DNA of 64,000 nucleotides, taken from Rhodospirillales bacterium. GTDB lineage: Bacteria > Pseudomonadota > Alphaproteobacteria > Bin95. How positions within the stretch are numbered: position 1 is the stretch's first letter; each line of letters opens with the position of its first letter. Under the pieces are notes generated by a model. It was not told the DNA's origin. It saw nothing but the letters and a program-made list of their open reading frames with translations, and ran no database searches. The stretch covers positions 1,440,894 to 1,504,893 of the forward strand of contig JAYQLI010000035.1 in NCBI GenBank assembly GCA_038143065.1. Reading direction: 5' to 3'. The position numbers were made by a program, and so were the translations under genes. This document shows positions 42,872-55,165 of the stretch, piece after piece.

Positions 42872-44265
42872 TCACTGACCGGAAACGATGCGATCGACAA
42901 GCTGCTTTACAGTAGGGATAAAACCGTTCGCGTACCAATCATCTTGACCAAACCGATAAGCATTATGTCCTGCAAACATTAGGTGGTCCTCGGGAGGGTC
43001 TCCATGGGCTATAGCTTGAAGCGTTTTTTGAATACAGAAAGACCTAGGATCAGGCTTCCGACCTGTAGAACCTGCTTCTGTCTGAGACCAATTCGAAAAC
43101 CGGCATTGAGATAGACATCCCATACATCCCACTTGGTCTTTATGAATTTGTCTCGCCTCATCAGAGGTCGTGAACACCATTGTAGAATCTGGCGTACGCA
43201 GACCCTCGCTATATCCAGATGCCATCCAAGCTTCCGCCCGCTGTTTATCTGCCGGGGCAACGTATACCTTTCGGCCACGCGGCCCTACCGCCAGCTCAGC
43301 TACAAGATTCCCCTCGGGATTTAGTGCATAGCTAATCTGCCGTTCAGATCTAGCTTCCAACCCTTCAAGAAATGAATTTCTTACTGCAGAAGAGTAGAAT
43401 CCAGTCGGACTAAATCTTTGTAGAAGGACATCTCCTGATTCAAGAGTTGGCAGCTTCTGCTTCCAAACATCTGGAATTGGGCTTTCCTGGGTAAGAAGAG
43501 GTCGTGTTCCAAATTGAAACGCTACTGGCGCAATATCTGGATCTTCAATCCAGTCTTCCCACTCATCTAACCGCCACACACCTCCAGCCATAACGACGGG
43601 CACATCATTTAGACCCACCGCATTCATAGTCTTTCTAAGTTCTGCCACTCTACCTTTCGGAGACTCTGGATCGGTTGGATCCTCGCTGTTTGAAAGGCCA
43701 TTATGACCACCAGCATGCCAAGGGTCCTCATACACAACTCCACCGAGCCACTCAGAATGGCGATGGTAGGATCTCTTCCAAAGCGCCCTGAAGGCCCGTG
43801 CGGAGGAGACAATCGGGTAGTAGTAAACCCCGAATGATGATGCAATTTCTGCAAGTCTATAGGGCATACCGGCGCCGCAGGTTACGCCGTGGATTAGGCC
43901 TTTCGCCCCTTCCAGAGCACCTTGGAGAACTTGCTCGGCTCCACCCATCTCCCAGAGAACGTTTATATGGATACGGCCGTTACCTCCTGCCGTTTCCCAA
44001 GCAACGCGTGCTTGATGGATTGCTCCACGAATGCCGTATGCAATCAGTTCTTCATGACGATCTTTTCTGGTTCGCCCGTGGTAAATTTGGGGGATGAGTT
44101 CTCCGTTAGGAGAAAAGCTATCGGCGTTTACACCTGAAAAGGTACCAATCCCCCTGCCCTTGCCCAAGCACCAGCACTAGCGCCATTAGTGGCAGACACA
44201 CCTTTCCCGCCTTCGACAAGAGGCAATACTTCAGCGCCGGACATATTCCTCGCCTGTACAATCAT
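42872..44265 (-). CDS. Nitronate monooxygenase-family FMN oxidoreductase with a C-terminal Cys cluster; frameshift near 44160
   Basis: LPLVEGGKGVS, CGAGMPY, PIVSSARA, YEDPWHAGGHNG, FQFGTR, CMGCLSQC..FCIQKTL, LMFAGHN. Confidence 0.85.
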
Positions 44266-44393
44266 GCGCGATATCGTCTCCCAAGCGCAGTGTGGATCAC
44301 ATCATGACCTTAGCCATATTCCCCACGACTTTTTTCAGTACACTCCCCTTACTGCCAAATTTAAATGTGCAGCAGGGAGCTTTTTCAACTATC

Positions 44394-44431
44394 AAAAACT
44401 AGGGCCCTGATATCTTCCTTCAGAGCCCTAT
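44394..44431 (-). terminator. Rho-independent terminator after pnp
   Basis: Minus strand TAGGGCTCTGA-aggaagata-TCAGGGCCCTAgTTTTT. Confidence 0.75.
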
Positions 44432-44437
44432 TATTAA

Positions 44438-46558
44438 TTAGTCTTCAGCTTCCTCGATCACGATCTCCTCGCCGGTCTCCTGATCGATATTCTTCATCGA
44501 TAGCCTAACCTTGCCGCGATCATCAAAGCCCAGGCATTTCACTTTAACAATATCGCCCTCATTAACGATATCTGTGACTGCCCTGACCCTTTCTGGGCGC
44601 AGTTCAGATATATGAACCAAGCCGTCACGTGGCCCTAAGAAATTCACAAAGGCGCCAAAATCTAAAACTTTGACTACTTTACCTTCATAAATTCTACCGG
44701 CTTCTGGTTCAGCAACAATCGCCTCGATCATTTGGCGTGCTTTATCCGCAGCTGATGAGTCCACTGACGCTATCTTGATGGTGCCGTCATCTTCAATATC
44801 AACTTTTGCACCTGAGACCTCAACAATTTCACGAATAACCTTGCCGCCTGAGCCAATTACTTCTCGGATCTTGTCTTTGGGCACTGTCATAGTGGTAATC
44901 CGGGGAGCATTGCTCGACACTTCTGCCCGAGCTTGACCCAATCCCTTGTCCATTTCGCCCAAAATATGCTTCCGGCCATCTTTTGCCTGGGCCAAAGCTA
45001 CCTGCATGATTTCCTCAGTGATGGAAGTGATTTTGATATCCATCTGAAGACTGGTGATACCATCTGCGGTACCCGCAACTTTGAAATCCATATCCCCAAG
45101 ATGATCTTCATCACCCAAAATATCTGAGAGAACTGCGAACCGATCGCCTTCTTTAATCAATCCCATAGCGATACCAGCAACCGGCTTCTTTAGGGGCACA
45201 CCGGCATCCATCATAGCCAGGCTGCCACCGCAGACTGTTGCCATGGAGGAAGAACCATTGGACTCAAGAATTTCCGAAACACACCTAATTGTGTATGGAA
45301 AATCCTCATGCTTTGGCAACATCGGCTGGAGTGCGCGCCAGGCCAATTTTCCATGGCCAATTTCACGGCGGCCGGGAGGGCCAATGCGGCCAGTCTCACC
45401 AACAGAAAACGGCGGAAAGTTATAATGCAGCATGAACCGCTCTCGCGTTTCACCCTCAAGACGATCGAGAATCTGTTCGTCAGAGCCCGTTCCCAAAGTA
45501 CAAACAATCAGACCTTGAGTTTCGCCTCGAGTGAATAATGCTGAGCCGTGGCTGCGTGGCAAGACACCAACTTCAGCCACAATTGGACGGACAGTAGCGG
45601 TGTCGCGACCATCAATTCGTAACTTGGTATCAAGAATTGCCCCGCGAACAATATCTTTTTCAAGATCCTTCAAGACATTCTTGGCAAGCCCTTCGTCACC
45701 CTCTTCAGCCACGATTGCGGCAATAGCCTTATCCTTAGCTTCACCCACTGCACTCTGACGGTCTTGTTTTGCAACTATCGCGTAGGCCGATTTCAAATCG
45801 CCTCCAACAAGATTCTCAAGCTTGGAGCGCATTGCTTCCTCGCCATCTGGCTTTTGGGGCTCTGGCCACGCCTCTTTGGCTGCGGCTTCTGCTAAGTCAA
45901 TAATAAGATCGATAACTGGTTGGAAGCCCTTATGACCAAACATCACAGCTTCAAGCATACGTTCTTCAGACAGCTCTTGAGCTTCTGATTCAACCATTAA
46001 GACGCCCTCTTGAGTTCCAGCGACCACCAGATCAAGAGTTGAGGCTTCCATCTGTTCCAAAGTTGGGTTCAACACCAGATTGCCGTCGATCTCACCTACG
46101 CGGGCACCACCGATTGGCCCCATAAATGGCACACCAGAAATCGTGAGAGCAGCTGATGCCGCAATCATGGCAAGGATATCTGGATCATTTTCCATGTCAT
46201 GAGACAGCACTGTTGCTAGCACCTGGGTCTCGCACTTAAAGCCAGGAGCAAAAAGCGGCCTGATTGGACGATCAATAAGTCTGGATGTCAGTGTCTCTTT
46301 CTCAGACGGCCGCGCTTCACGCTTGAAGAACCCACCCGGGATTCTCCCAGCTGCGTATGTCTTTTCTTGGTAATGAACCGTGAGAGGAAAAAAGTCCAAA
46401 CCTGGCCGAGGTGCACGCTCAGCTGTTACTGCGCATAACACTGCGGTTTCACCGAGCGTAGCGAGTACAGCTCCGTTAGCCTGACGCGCCATACGCCCAG
46501 TTTCCAGAACAAGCTTACGCCCGTCCCAATCAATTTCTTTGCGGACAATATTAAACAT
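44438..46558 (-). CDS. pnp: Polyribonucleotide nucleotidyltransferase
   Basis: [52 protein letters not shown] and S1 domains. Confidence 0.98.
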   Translation of the reverse strand: MFNIVRKEIDWDGRKLVLETGRMARQANGAVLATLGETAVLCAVTAERAPRPGLDFFPLTVHYQEKTYAAGRIPGGFFKREARPSEKETLTSRLIDRPIRPLFAPGFKCETQVLATVLSHDMENDPDILAMIAASAALTISGVPFMGPIGGARVGEIDGNLVLNPTLEQMEASTLDLVVAGTQEGVLMVESEAQELSEERMLEAVMFGHKGFQPVIDLIIDLAEAAAKEAWPEPQKPDGEEAMRSKLENLVGGDLKSAYAIVAKQDRQSAVGEAKDKAIAAIVAEEGDEGLAKNVLKDLEKDIVRGAILDTKLRIDGRDTATVRPIVAEVGVLPRSHGSALFTRGETQGLIVCTLGTGSDEQILDRLEGETRERFMLHYNFPPFSVGETGRIGPPGRREIGHGKLAWRALQPMLPKHEDFPYTIRCVSEILESNGSSSMATVCGGSLAMMDAGVPLKKPVAGIAMGLIKEGDRFAVLSDILGDEDHLGDMDFKVAGTADGITSLQMDIKITSITEEIMQVALAQAKDGRKHILGEMDKGLGQARAEVSSNAPRITTMTVPKDKIREVIGSGGKVIREIVEVSGAKVDIEDDGTIKIASVDSSAADKARQMIEAIVAEPEAGRIYEGKVVKVLDFGAFVNFLGPRDGLVHISELRPERVRAVTDIVNEGDIVKVKCLGFDDRGKVRLSMKNIDQETGEEIVIEEAED

Positions 46559-46694
46559 AACTCAACATCCTTCCCACGAAGCACGACCCTGGCCATTCAT
46601 GCACTTCGGAATTTGTGTGGCACCCGTGGTGCCAACTATCAGTTTAGGCCATTTTTAGGCCATTTCAGGGTGCGATCATCGCAGCCTGAAATCA
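46559..46694 (-). promoter_or_regulatory. Structured rpsO-pnp intergenic leader
   Basis: Minus-strand stems ATTTCAGG/CCTGAAAT (inner TGCGAT/ATCGCA), TGGCACC/GGTGCCA and CGAAG..GCATGA/TCGTGCTTCG. Confidence 0.5.
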
Positions 46695-46964
46695 CTAGCG
46701 GCGGAGGCCCAAACGCTTAATCACATCTTGATAGCGGGCATCATCCTTCCGACGGAGATAATCAAGCAACCGTCGACGTTGGCCAACCATAACTAATAAG
46801 CCCCTGCGAGAATGCAGGTCCTTTTTATGGTCTTGCATGTGATCTGTAAGATTACGGATCCGCTCAGTCAGGATAGCAACCTGCACTTCTGGTGCACCTG
46901 TGTCACCTTCGCTTTTTCCATATTCTTTAACTAATTCTTCAGTTCTTTCTTTGGTGATCGACAT
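46695..46964 (-). CDS. rpsO: 30S ribosomal protein S15
   Basis: [30 protein letters not shown]. Confidence 0.98.
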   Translation of the reverse strand: MSITKERTEELVKEYGKSEGDTGAPEVQVAILTERIRNLTDHMQDHKKDLHSRRGLLVMVGQRRRLLDYLRRKDDARYQDVIKRLGLRR

Positions 46965-46981
46965 CGATCCATTCCTATTCG

Positions 46982-47917
46982 TTAAGAGTTAAGAACACGC
47001 TCTGGTTTCAATTCGTTCGCCTCAATTCGCGCAATAGCTACTAGTTCACCATGCGCTTCGACGCGGAGTTGGCAACCCTTTGGTAGGGCCGCAACACGAT
47101 CGAGATCTCCTTTGCGTAAAAGACGGACAGATCGCCCATTGCGAATGTCCGTTGCTTCACTGTCGGAAACGGCCAGCGCCGGGATGTCGTCCAGCGCGGT
47201 CTTAACCGGCAGCACCGCCGGGCAAACATCGTCGATGCGCCCGAGGGAAGTCAAGTATTCGAGTTCATGGGCTTGGTCGAGGTTAAATGGACCAACCCGC
47301 GTGCGACGCAAAGCCGCTATATGACCAAGACACCCTAGAGCAACGCCCAAATCGCGAGCTAGGCCGCGCATATACGCTCCCTTTCCGCTTTCAACATCAA
47401 ATACAGCGGAGTCAGCATCTAACATGTCTACTAAATCAAATTTATAAATTTGAATTTCGCGAGCCTTTAATTCGAAATTTTCATTCCCACGGGCAAGATC
47501 ATAAGCACGGGCCCCCTAAACCTTTATAGCTGAATAACGCGGAGGGATTTGCATGATAGCACCACGAAATTGCTCCAAAACCTTTAGTATCTCTTCACGA
47601 GATGGTCTTAAGTCGGAGGTTTCAACTTGATCGCCTTCTGCATCGTCTGTTGTCGTTGCGATACCCCATCGCACGGTGAAACGATATGATTTCCTGCCGT
47701 CCATAGCATAGGGTACGGTTTTGGTCGCAGAGCCAAGTGCAATGGGCAAAACACCAGTAGCAAGCGGGTCTAGCGTGCCACCATGTCCGCATTTCGCGCC
47801 TAAACTTATACGCTTTATCGCATTTGAAACCGCTGTAGACGTCATACCGGAAGGTTTATCAATGACTAACCACCCATTGGGAGCATCTGGCGCGGGCTTC
47901 CGCCTTCTACGCGCCAT
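46982..47917 (-). CDS. truB: tRNA pseudouridine(55) synthase; frameshift near 47515
   Basis: [49 protein letters not shown]. Confidence 0.95.
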
Positions 47918-48319
47918 CAGGATTAACCTCACTCACATCATCGTTCGATAGCTTTCTCAACACATGGCTAATACGCTGACTTTGATCAAAAGCTTTATCA
48001 GCTACAAAACGCAAATCAGGAGTAAATTTAGCCTCAATCATCCGACCGAGCTCGGCGCGCAAATATCCACGCGCGCGCTTCAGCGCTGCAACGATATCAT
48101 CAGCTTCACCACCCCCTAGAGGTGTTACAAAAACAGTGGCACTCCGAAGATCTGGGCTAGGCCTTACCTCGGTCACAGTGATTGCCTGCCCTGACAACGC
48201 AGGATCACGAAGATCGCCACGAGCAATAATTTCAGAGAGAGCGTGGCGCACTACCTCGCCCATTCTTAATGCGCGCTGAGTAGGGCGCTCCCGCGCCTAG
48301 TTTGAGACCGTGCTGACAT
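47907..48319 (-). CDS. rbfA: Ribosome-binding factor A; frameshift near 48290
   Basis: (QRALR)[36 protein letters not shown]. Confidence 0.93.
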
Positions 48320-48331
48320 AAGACCGGTCGA

Positions 48332-51072
48332 TTAAAGAACTCGAGCGACTTCTTCGACCTCGTAACATTCTATCACGTCACCTTCTTTGATGTCCTGATA
48401 GTTTTCGAAGCCCATTCCACACTCAAAGCCTTCTCGAACTTCTCTGACTTCCTCCTTGAAGCGCTTCAAAGTCCCAAGTTTTCCTTCGTGTATGACCACG
48501 TTATCTCGAAGCAATCGAACACCTGCCCCGCGCTTAACGATACCGTCTATAATCCTACAGCCTGCTACCTTGCCGACTTTCGTAATATTAAATACTTCGC
48601 GGATCTCTGCGTTACCGATGAATTTCTCTCGCTGTTCTGGTGCCAACAAGCCCTCGACAGCCGCTTTCATATCATCCAGAAGTTCATAGATAATTGAGTA
48701 GTAGCGGATATCAACACCATCTTGCTGAGCTTGATTCCTAGCTGATGCTGCCGCACGAACATTGAAACCAACCAGGAAGCCGCCGGATGACGAAGCAAGC
48801 GTTACATCGGATTCACTGATTGCACCGACGCCAGAGTGCAGGACGCGAATTGAAACTTCATCGTTCTGGAATTTTTCAAGAGAAGCAACAATCGCCTCCA
48901 AACTACCCTGAACGTCTGCTTTAACGACCACAGGAAGCTCTTTACTCTCCCCAGAGGCAATCCGACCGAACATTTCGTTAATTGTTCCACGAGGCGCAGT
49001 TGCAGTGCGCTTGTTTCGTTCGGTCCTTTGTCGATACTCGCTGACTTCACGGGCTCGAGCATCGTTATCCACGACAACAACTTCGTCACCCGCCATCGGA
49101 ACACCGGACAGTCCAAGAACCTCCACAGGTGTCGACGGTCCAGCTTCATCTACTTGTTCGCCGCGCTCATTCAGCATTGCGCGAACACGACCCCATTCTG
49201 CGCCCGCAACCATCACATCTCCCCGTCGGAGAGTTCCGGACTGCACTAATACCGTGGCAACAGAACCACGTCCGCGGTCAAGTTGAGCTTCAATTACAGC
49301 ACCGCGGGCCTCACGAGCTGGATTAGCTTTAAGCTCCATAACCTCAGCCTGGAGTGCAATGGCCTCAAGTAGATCATCCAGACCTTGCCCAGTTGAGGCT
49401 GATACAGGCACCATTTGAACATCGCCACCAAAGTCCTCAGCGACAATCTCGTGGGTCAACAATCCCTGTTTTGCGATATTGGGATCGGCATCCGGTTTAT
49501 CTATTTTATTTATTGCCACAATCATCGGCGCTTCCGCAGCCTTTGCATGATTGATAGCCTCAACTGGCTGTGGCTGCACCCCATCATCGGCGGCTACGAC
49601 CAACACAACGATATCTGTAACCTTGGCACCACGCTGCCGCATAGACGAGAACGCTGCGTGGCCCGGTGTATCAAGGAAGGTAAGTATCGCGCCATTTACA
49701 TCGACTTGATAAGCGCCGATGTGTTGCGTGATACCCCCAGCTTCTCCCTCAGTTACCTTCGTCTTACGGATTGCGTCCAATAGAGAAGTTTTGCCGTGAT
49801 CAACATGCCCCATGATTGTGATTACTGGGGGACGCCCGACCAGATCCTCATCAGAATCCGCAGCAGCATCTAGTCCTATCTCAACGTCCGACTCGGACAC
49901 TCGTCGCACACGGTGGCCAAATTCACCAATCACAAGCTCAGCTGTGTCAGCGTCTATTGTCTGATTAGCAGTTGCCATGACACCAAGCTGCATCATCTTT
50001 TTAACAACTTCTACAGTACGCACAGCCATTCTGTTTGCGAGCTCACTAACAACAATGACTTCAGGCAACACCACTTCGCGAACTATCGAACCACCATCAT
50101 TAGTCGATCGATCTTGACGCTGTTGACGCTCACGTTCCCGCGCGCGACGGACAGAAGCTAGACTTCGAGTTCTCTCTTCCGCCACCTCATCGTCGAGCGC
50201 TTGTGAAATTGTAAGCTTGCCTGTACGGCGTCGGGATTCACCGCCACGTTCACGACGAGGGGTACGACGCTCTTCTTCAACTGGCCTTGTACGACGACGA
50301 TCGTCATCGCGTGAAGGTTTACCTTCACCAGGTAGATCTAAAGGAATGACCGGATCAACGTCGCTTTGGCGACGAGGAGGTGGACGATTTTGTCCGCCAC
50401 GAGCGGGCGCAGCGCCACCGCGACCTGGACCAGCAGCACCAGGACGGCCAGGCGCAGCACCAGAACGGCGACCTTCACCTTGCCCCCAGAACGACGTCCT
50501 TCAGGGCGCCGAGATGGCGCCGTGGCCTGGGCTCGTTCTGCAGCCTCACGCTGAGCAGCGGCGAGTTTCTCTCGCTCCTCTTCCTCTGCTCGCTTGAGCT
50601 CAAGAAGTTCCCGTTCCTCAGGTGATAATTCAGGTTCTGGGGGTTTCTCAGGCACCTCTACCTGCGTTGGCTCCTGAACTACCTCACTATCGGCAGCTGT
50701 GGCCGTGACGGCCTCTGCCTCATCTGCTTCAGGCTCAGATTGCTCGACAGCAACTGGCTTTGGCGCGGGGCGTGGACGAGGTGGCGGTGCAGGGGGAGCG
50801 GCAGGACGCGACGCGCCCGATTGCAAAGCTTGCAGAGCTTTGAGACGCGCTGCCTTTTCCGTTTCACTTAGGCCACCGGCAGCTTCCTGGTTGCCGCTAT
50901 CTCTCGAAGGGGCACGCGTCTTTTTCACCTCTACCGTAACGGTTTTGGTTCGACCACGCGTAAATTTCTGCTGCACCTGGCCAGCATCTACGGTCTTTTT
51001 GAGACCTAGAGTACCTTTTGGTTGCAGGCGAAGTTTGCCTGGTTTACGTTCGACAGTTTCATCTTCGCTCAT
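48332..51072 (-). CDS. infB: Translation initiation factor IF-2; frameshifts in the GC-rich N-terminal linker
   Basis: [21 protein letters not shown]; [44 protein letters not shown]. Confidence 0.97.
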
Positions 51073-51734
51073 GTTTTTGAGCCCTCACCCTTCGGGGTCG
51101 TCGCGGCACCGTCATCTATCGGTACGGAAAGGCCGCGGCGCCGCGCCGCCTCCCGCAATAACATGTCGGAGAATTTACCTCGCGTCACGAGTGCATTCAC
51201 AACCTGATCGCGCCCAAAAGCACGACCCAGATTGCTCCCCGACAAAATATCTATCACTGGCACACCTCTAGCTAACCGCTCGAGCCTTATACGCGATGCT
51301 GGTGCAGCATCAGAAGCTACAACTACTGCTCCTATAACACGGTTACGAGCAAACTCACGAGCCTGCTCCCAGCCAATGCCAACCTGACCAGCTCCACGCG
51401 CTATCCCAAGCAGCCCTAAGATACGGTCGTCCAACAGGCAAATCGTATCATCCAGCAAACCTGAAGGAATGTTGATATCAGCTTTGAAGCCAGCCTTAAA
51501 GCGTCCAGCAACTGCTTTGCAAAAAATTGTATGATCGGGCGTTACCCATACACCCCGTCCCGGGAGACGTTCAGCTACATCTGGAGTAACTCGACCCTCT
51601 GGATCGAGCACATATCGAAGAAGTTCTGCACGTGGGCGCTTGGAGCGTGTGACAACGCAACGACGCAACCCATCGTCTCGAGCCGGCTTATGCGCCACTC
51701 CATCGCCAGTGATGTTTTCAACCGCTTCAGCCAT
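51069..51734 (-). CDS. YlxR/DUF448 plus L7Ae-like RNA-binding protein
   Basis: RRCVVTR, LLRYVL.P, LPGRGVWV, LGLLGIARGAG, ASDAA, LGRAFGR; between nusA and infB. Confidence 0.85.
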   Translation of the reverse strand: MAEAVENITGDGVAHKPARDDGLRRCVVTRSKRPRAELLRYVLDPEGRVTPDVAERLPGRGVWVTPDHTIFCKAVAGRFKAGFKADINIPSGLLDDTICLLDDRILGLLGIARGAGQVGIGWEQAREFARNRVIGAVVVASDAAPASRIRLERLARGVPVIDILSGSNLGRAFGRDQVVNALVTRGKFSDMLLREAARRRGLSVPIDDGAATTPKGEGSKT

Positions 51735-51768
51735 TTCGGCTCCGCATCCCCAGTCCGAATTGGCCGGC

Positions 51769-53386
51769 TCACGCCGGCACATCCTTATCCTCAGAAGCTT
51801 CACCTTCTGAGTCATCAAACCACTCCGCCCGCAGTGCCATGATCAACCCATCTGCTTCTTCTGCAGAGAATGGGCTTCCTTCGATACCTGTTTTGAGAGC
51901 TTCTTCATCCAAAGTAGCAATGTCGTCTACTGTTGCCACTGCAACATCAGGGTTTGTCATATAACGGAACTCATCGCTGGCGAGGTCGGCCAAATCATCA
52001 AGAGAAAGAACCCCACACTCACCAAGTCTTACTAGCTGAGAAAGCTCTAATCCTTCGATTTGGTCCATATCGTCGGAAATGCCCAGTTCAGCTCTGCGCT
52101 TTTCCAACTTCTCTTGCTCAGTTTTAACAAACTCTTCAGCGCGGCGACGCAACTCTTCGGCAATATCACCATCAAAACCTTCAATTGCCTGAAGTTCTTC
52201 GATTGGAACGTAAGCAACCTCTTCAATAGAAGTGAAGCCCTCAACCACTAGAAGATTAGCAATGACTTCATCCACATCCAGAGCTTCGATGAAGGTCTTA
52301 GAACGCTGCCGCGCTTCTTCCTGCCTGCGCTCCGACTCTTCTTCCTCAGTCAAGATGTCGATCGACCAGCCACTAAGCTGACTCGCGAGCCGCACATTTT
52401 GGCCTCTACGCCCAATAGCAAGGGATAATTGATCGATCAGGCACAACAACGTCTATCCGACCCGGATCTTCATCGATAACGTTCTTGGCAACCTCAGCAG
52501 GTGCCAGGGCGTTGACAACAAAAGTGGCAGGCTCCTCTGACCAAGGAATGATATCGATACGCTCTCCCTGAAGCTCAGCAACAACCGCCTGCACCCTGCT
52601 GCCCCGCATGCCAACGCATGCTCCAACAGGGTCGATGGAAGCATCATTGCTAATGACACCTATCTTCGCCCGACTTCCTGGATCCCGGGCCGCGGCGCGT
52701 ATTTCAATGATTCCATCGTAAATTTCTGGAACCTCTTGAGCGAATAGCGATACTAAAAATTCTGGACGGGTCCGAGATAAAAATATCTGCGGGCCTCGGG
52801 TCTCTTCGCGCACATCATAGATTATCGCACGCACCCGGTCGTTTCGGCGAAAATGTTCACGCGGCAACAATTCATCTCGACGGATAATAGCCTCAGCACG
52901 CCCCAAATCGACAATAACGTTTCCGAATTCAAGTCTTTTGACGACACCATTAACAACTTCGCCAACACGACCTGAGTATTCCGCATACTGCACTGCTCGC
53001 TCGGCTTCACGAACACGCTGGACGATTACTTGCTTTGCTGTTTGGGCAGAGACGCGACCAAAATCAATCGGCGGCAGCTCATCAATCAAAACATCCCCAA
53101 CTACTGCTCCAGCCTTAAAGCGCTGAGCGGCTTTTACTGGAATCTGAGCAAACTCGTTATCGATTTCCGCATCGTCGGCTACGACCTCTCTGTAGCGAGC
53201 CAGGGTAACTTCCCCCGTCTTCCGATCTACCTCTGCCCGGATGTCATGCTCCATCCCGTACTTGGTACGACCAGCTTTTTGAATAGCCTGCTCCATCGCA
53301 TCGAAAACTTCTTCTCGATTGATGCCTTTTTCACGCGCCGCTGTATCGGCGACTTGCAACAATTCCCCACCAAACAAATGAGCCAT
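51769..53386 (-). CDS. nusA: Transcription termination/antitermination factor NusA; frameshift near 52435
   Basis: FGRVSAQTAKQVI, ARDPGSRAKI, DPVGACVGMRGSRV, LSLAIGRRGQNVRLASQL, acidic repeats. Confidence 0.97.
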
Positions 53387-53392
53387 GTCGTT

Positions 53393-53911
53393 TTAACCTT
53401 TGTCGCTATTTGCCGCTTCAGCCGCAGACTTCTTTGCATGGTCAGCTAGAAGTGCGTCCGTCAACAACAATTTTGCTCTTCGAACGTAAGAAAACGGCAA
53501 ATGAAATTGCTCTGTTCCCTCACCAATTACAATATGACCGTCAGCATCTAAACCACCGAGCTTTCCTTTGAACCGGCGTTGACCCTGCTGAGGTTCGGAA
53601 AGTTCAATCCGCGCATCGAATCCACTAAATTTTTCAAAATCCTCTAACCGAACTAACGGACGATCTACCCCAGGTGACGAAACTTCCAGTGTGTAAGCTC
53701 CACCAATTGGATCTGCCACATCAAGAACAGCTGAGATCGCCCTACTCAAGTTAGCGCAGTGCTCCACCGTCATTGATCCACCCTCAGAGGGTTCCGCCAT
53801 TACCTGCAGCACAGGTCGAACCGTGCCTGTCATCTGGACACGCACTAATCGAAAACCCATATCTTCAACCGTGGGCTCAATGGCAGATGTTATACGGCAG
53901 TTCGCAACCAT
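53393..53911 (-). CDS. rimP: Ribosome maturation factor RimP
   Basis: GFRLVRV, LQVMAE, LDVADPI..YTLEVSSPGVDRPL, AKLLLTD; likely start ATG 53911. Confidence 0.95.
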   Translation of the reverse strand: MVANCRITSAIEPTVEDMGFRLVRVQMTGTVRPVLQVMAEPSEGGSMTVEHCANLSRAISAVLDVADPIGGAYTLEVSSPGVDRPLVRLEDFEKFSGFDARIELSEPQQGQRRFKGKLGGLDADGHIVIGEGTEQFHLPFSYVRRAKLLLTDALLADHAKKSAAEAANSDKG

Positions 53912-53942
53912 GCGCTTCCCAACTAAAAAAACAGACCCTGAT

Positions 53943-53975
53943 AACAAAAACGGCGGGCTCAAGGGCCCACCGCCA
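53943..53975 (-). terminator. rimP-nusA leader terminator/attenuator hairpin
   Basis: Minus strand CGGTGGGC-ccttga-GCCCGCCG followed by TTTTTGTT, about 35 nt upstream of rimP. Confidence 0.7.
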
Positions 53976-54092
53976 TCAAAAACCGATGTCGATTTGCTTG
54001 TCGTAAAGACACTCCGCTGTGGTATATACACAAGAACCACACCTGGCAAGCAAATCTGCCTCCGTTGAACCACGATACAGCGATAACTTTGA

Positions 54093-55165
54093 ATGAGCCT
54101 ATCGAAGTCAGTCAGCATCGCCGAATTAAATGCTCGTTCCCGAGATATATTTAGGACGATTGTAGATGCTTTTTTAGAACAGGGTGAACCAGTCGGCTCG
54201 CGCACTATCTCGCGCCGTCTCGAAACTCAGCTTTCGCCTGCGACTATCCGAAACGTCATGGCCGATCTGCAGGAATTAGGGCTTCTACACGCTCCGCATA
54301 ACTCTGCAGGCCGCTTGCCCACTGACGCAGGCTTAAGATTATTTGTCGACGGCTTAATGCAGGTTGGAGATATAAGCGAACAAGAAAGGTCAGAGATTGA
54401 GGGTCACATTGGTGGCTCTGGCTTGACTATGAACCAAGCTCTAGAGCAAGCCAGCACCGCACTTGCAGGTCTATCTAGTCATGTTGGTCTAGTACTTGCT
54501 CCTAAAACAAATTCCGCCGTCACACATCTCGAATTTGTGCCATTAGGCGATGGTCGAGCCTTAGTGGTGATGGTTGATACCACAGGACAAGTTGAGAATA
54601 GAGTTATCGATCTTCCAATGGGTTTACCTGCATCTGCTCTGACAGAAGCATCTAATTATATGCGTGCTAGATTAGCTGGAAAAACTTTAGACCACGCCCG
54701 TAAAGACATCATTCAAGAACTAGCCGACCATCGGGCTCAACTTGATGAATTGACTAGTAGCGTTATCGAAGGCGGACTGGCCGTTTGGTCTGGAGGAGAA
54801 AAGGGCTCCCTTATTGTTAAAGGACAAGCGAGGCTTCTCGATGATGTTGCCGCGGTACAAGATCTTGATAGGATTCGGGGCCTTTTCGATGCATTAGAAC
54901 GCAAAGAAACCATGCTTCGTCTGATGGATGCGGCAGACGATGGAGATGGCGTACAAATATTTATCGGGGCAGAGAATGCTTTATTCAATCACTCTGGTTG
55001 GTCCATGGTATTGGCCCTTATGGGGGGCCCAATGCAAAAGTTCTTGGTGCAATTGGCGTTGTAGGACCAACAAGATTGAATTATGCCCGTATAATTCCCA
55101 TGGTGGATTACACTGCCCGTGTTATTGGGCGCATGTTGAACGGAAAATCGGAGCAAGGAAGTTGA
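54093..55165 (+). CDS. hrcA: Heat-inducible transcription repressor; frameshift near 55015
   Basis: [68 protein letters not shown]. Confidence 0.96.

Noticed and set aside
50217-51271. GC-rich segment with long antisense ORFs as foreign DNA or an overlapping gene
   Set aside because: Explained by the Pro/Ala/Arg-rich IF-2 linker.
53912-54205. Long N-terminal extension of RimP, and a CIRCE upstream of hrcA
   Set aside because: The extension runs through the leader hairpin and into hrcA, and homology starts at 53911. No TTAGCACTC-N9-GAGTGCTAA is present.
54928-55161. Extended GrpE N-terminus
   Set aside because: It overlaps the hrcA 3' end; a TTG start with an AGGA RBS at 55162 fits better.
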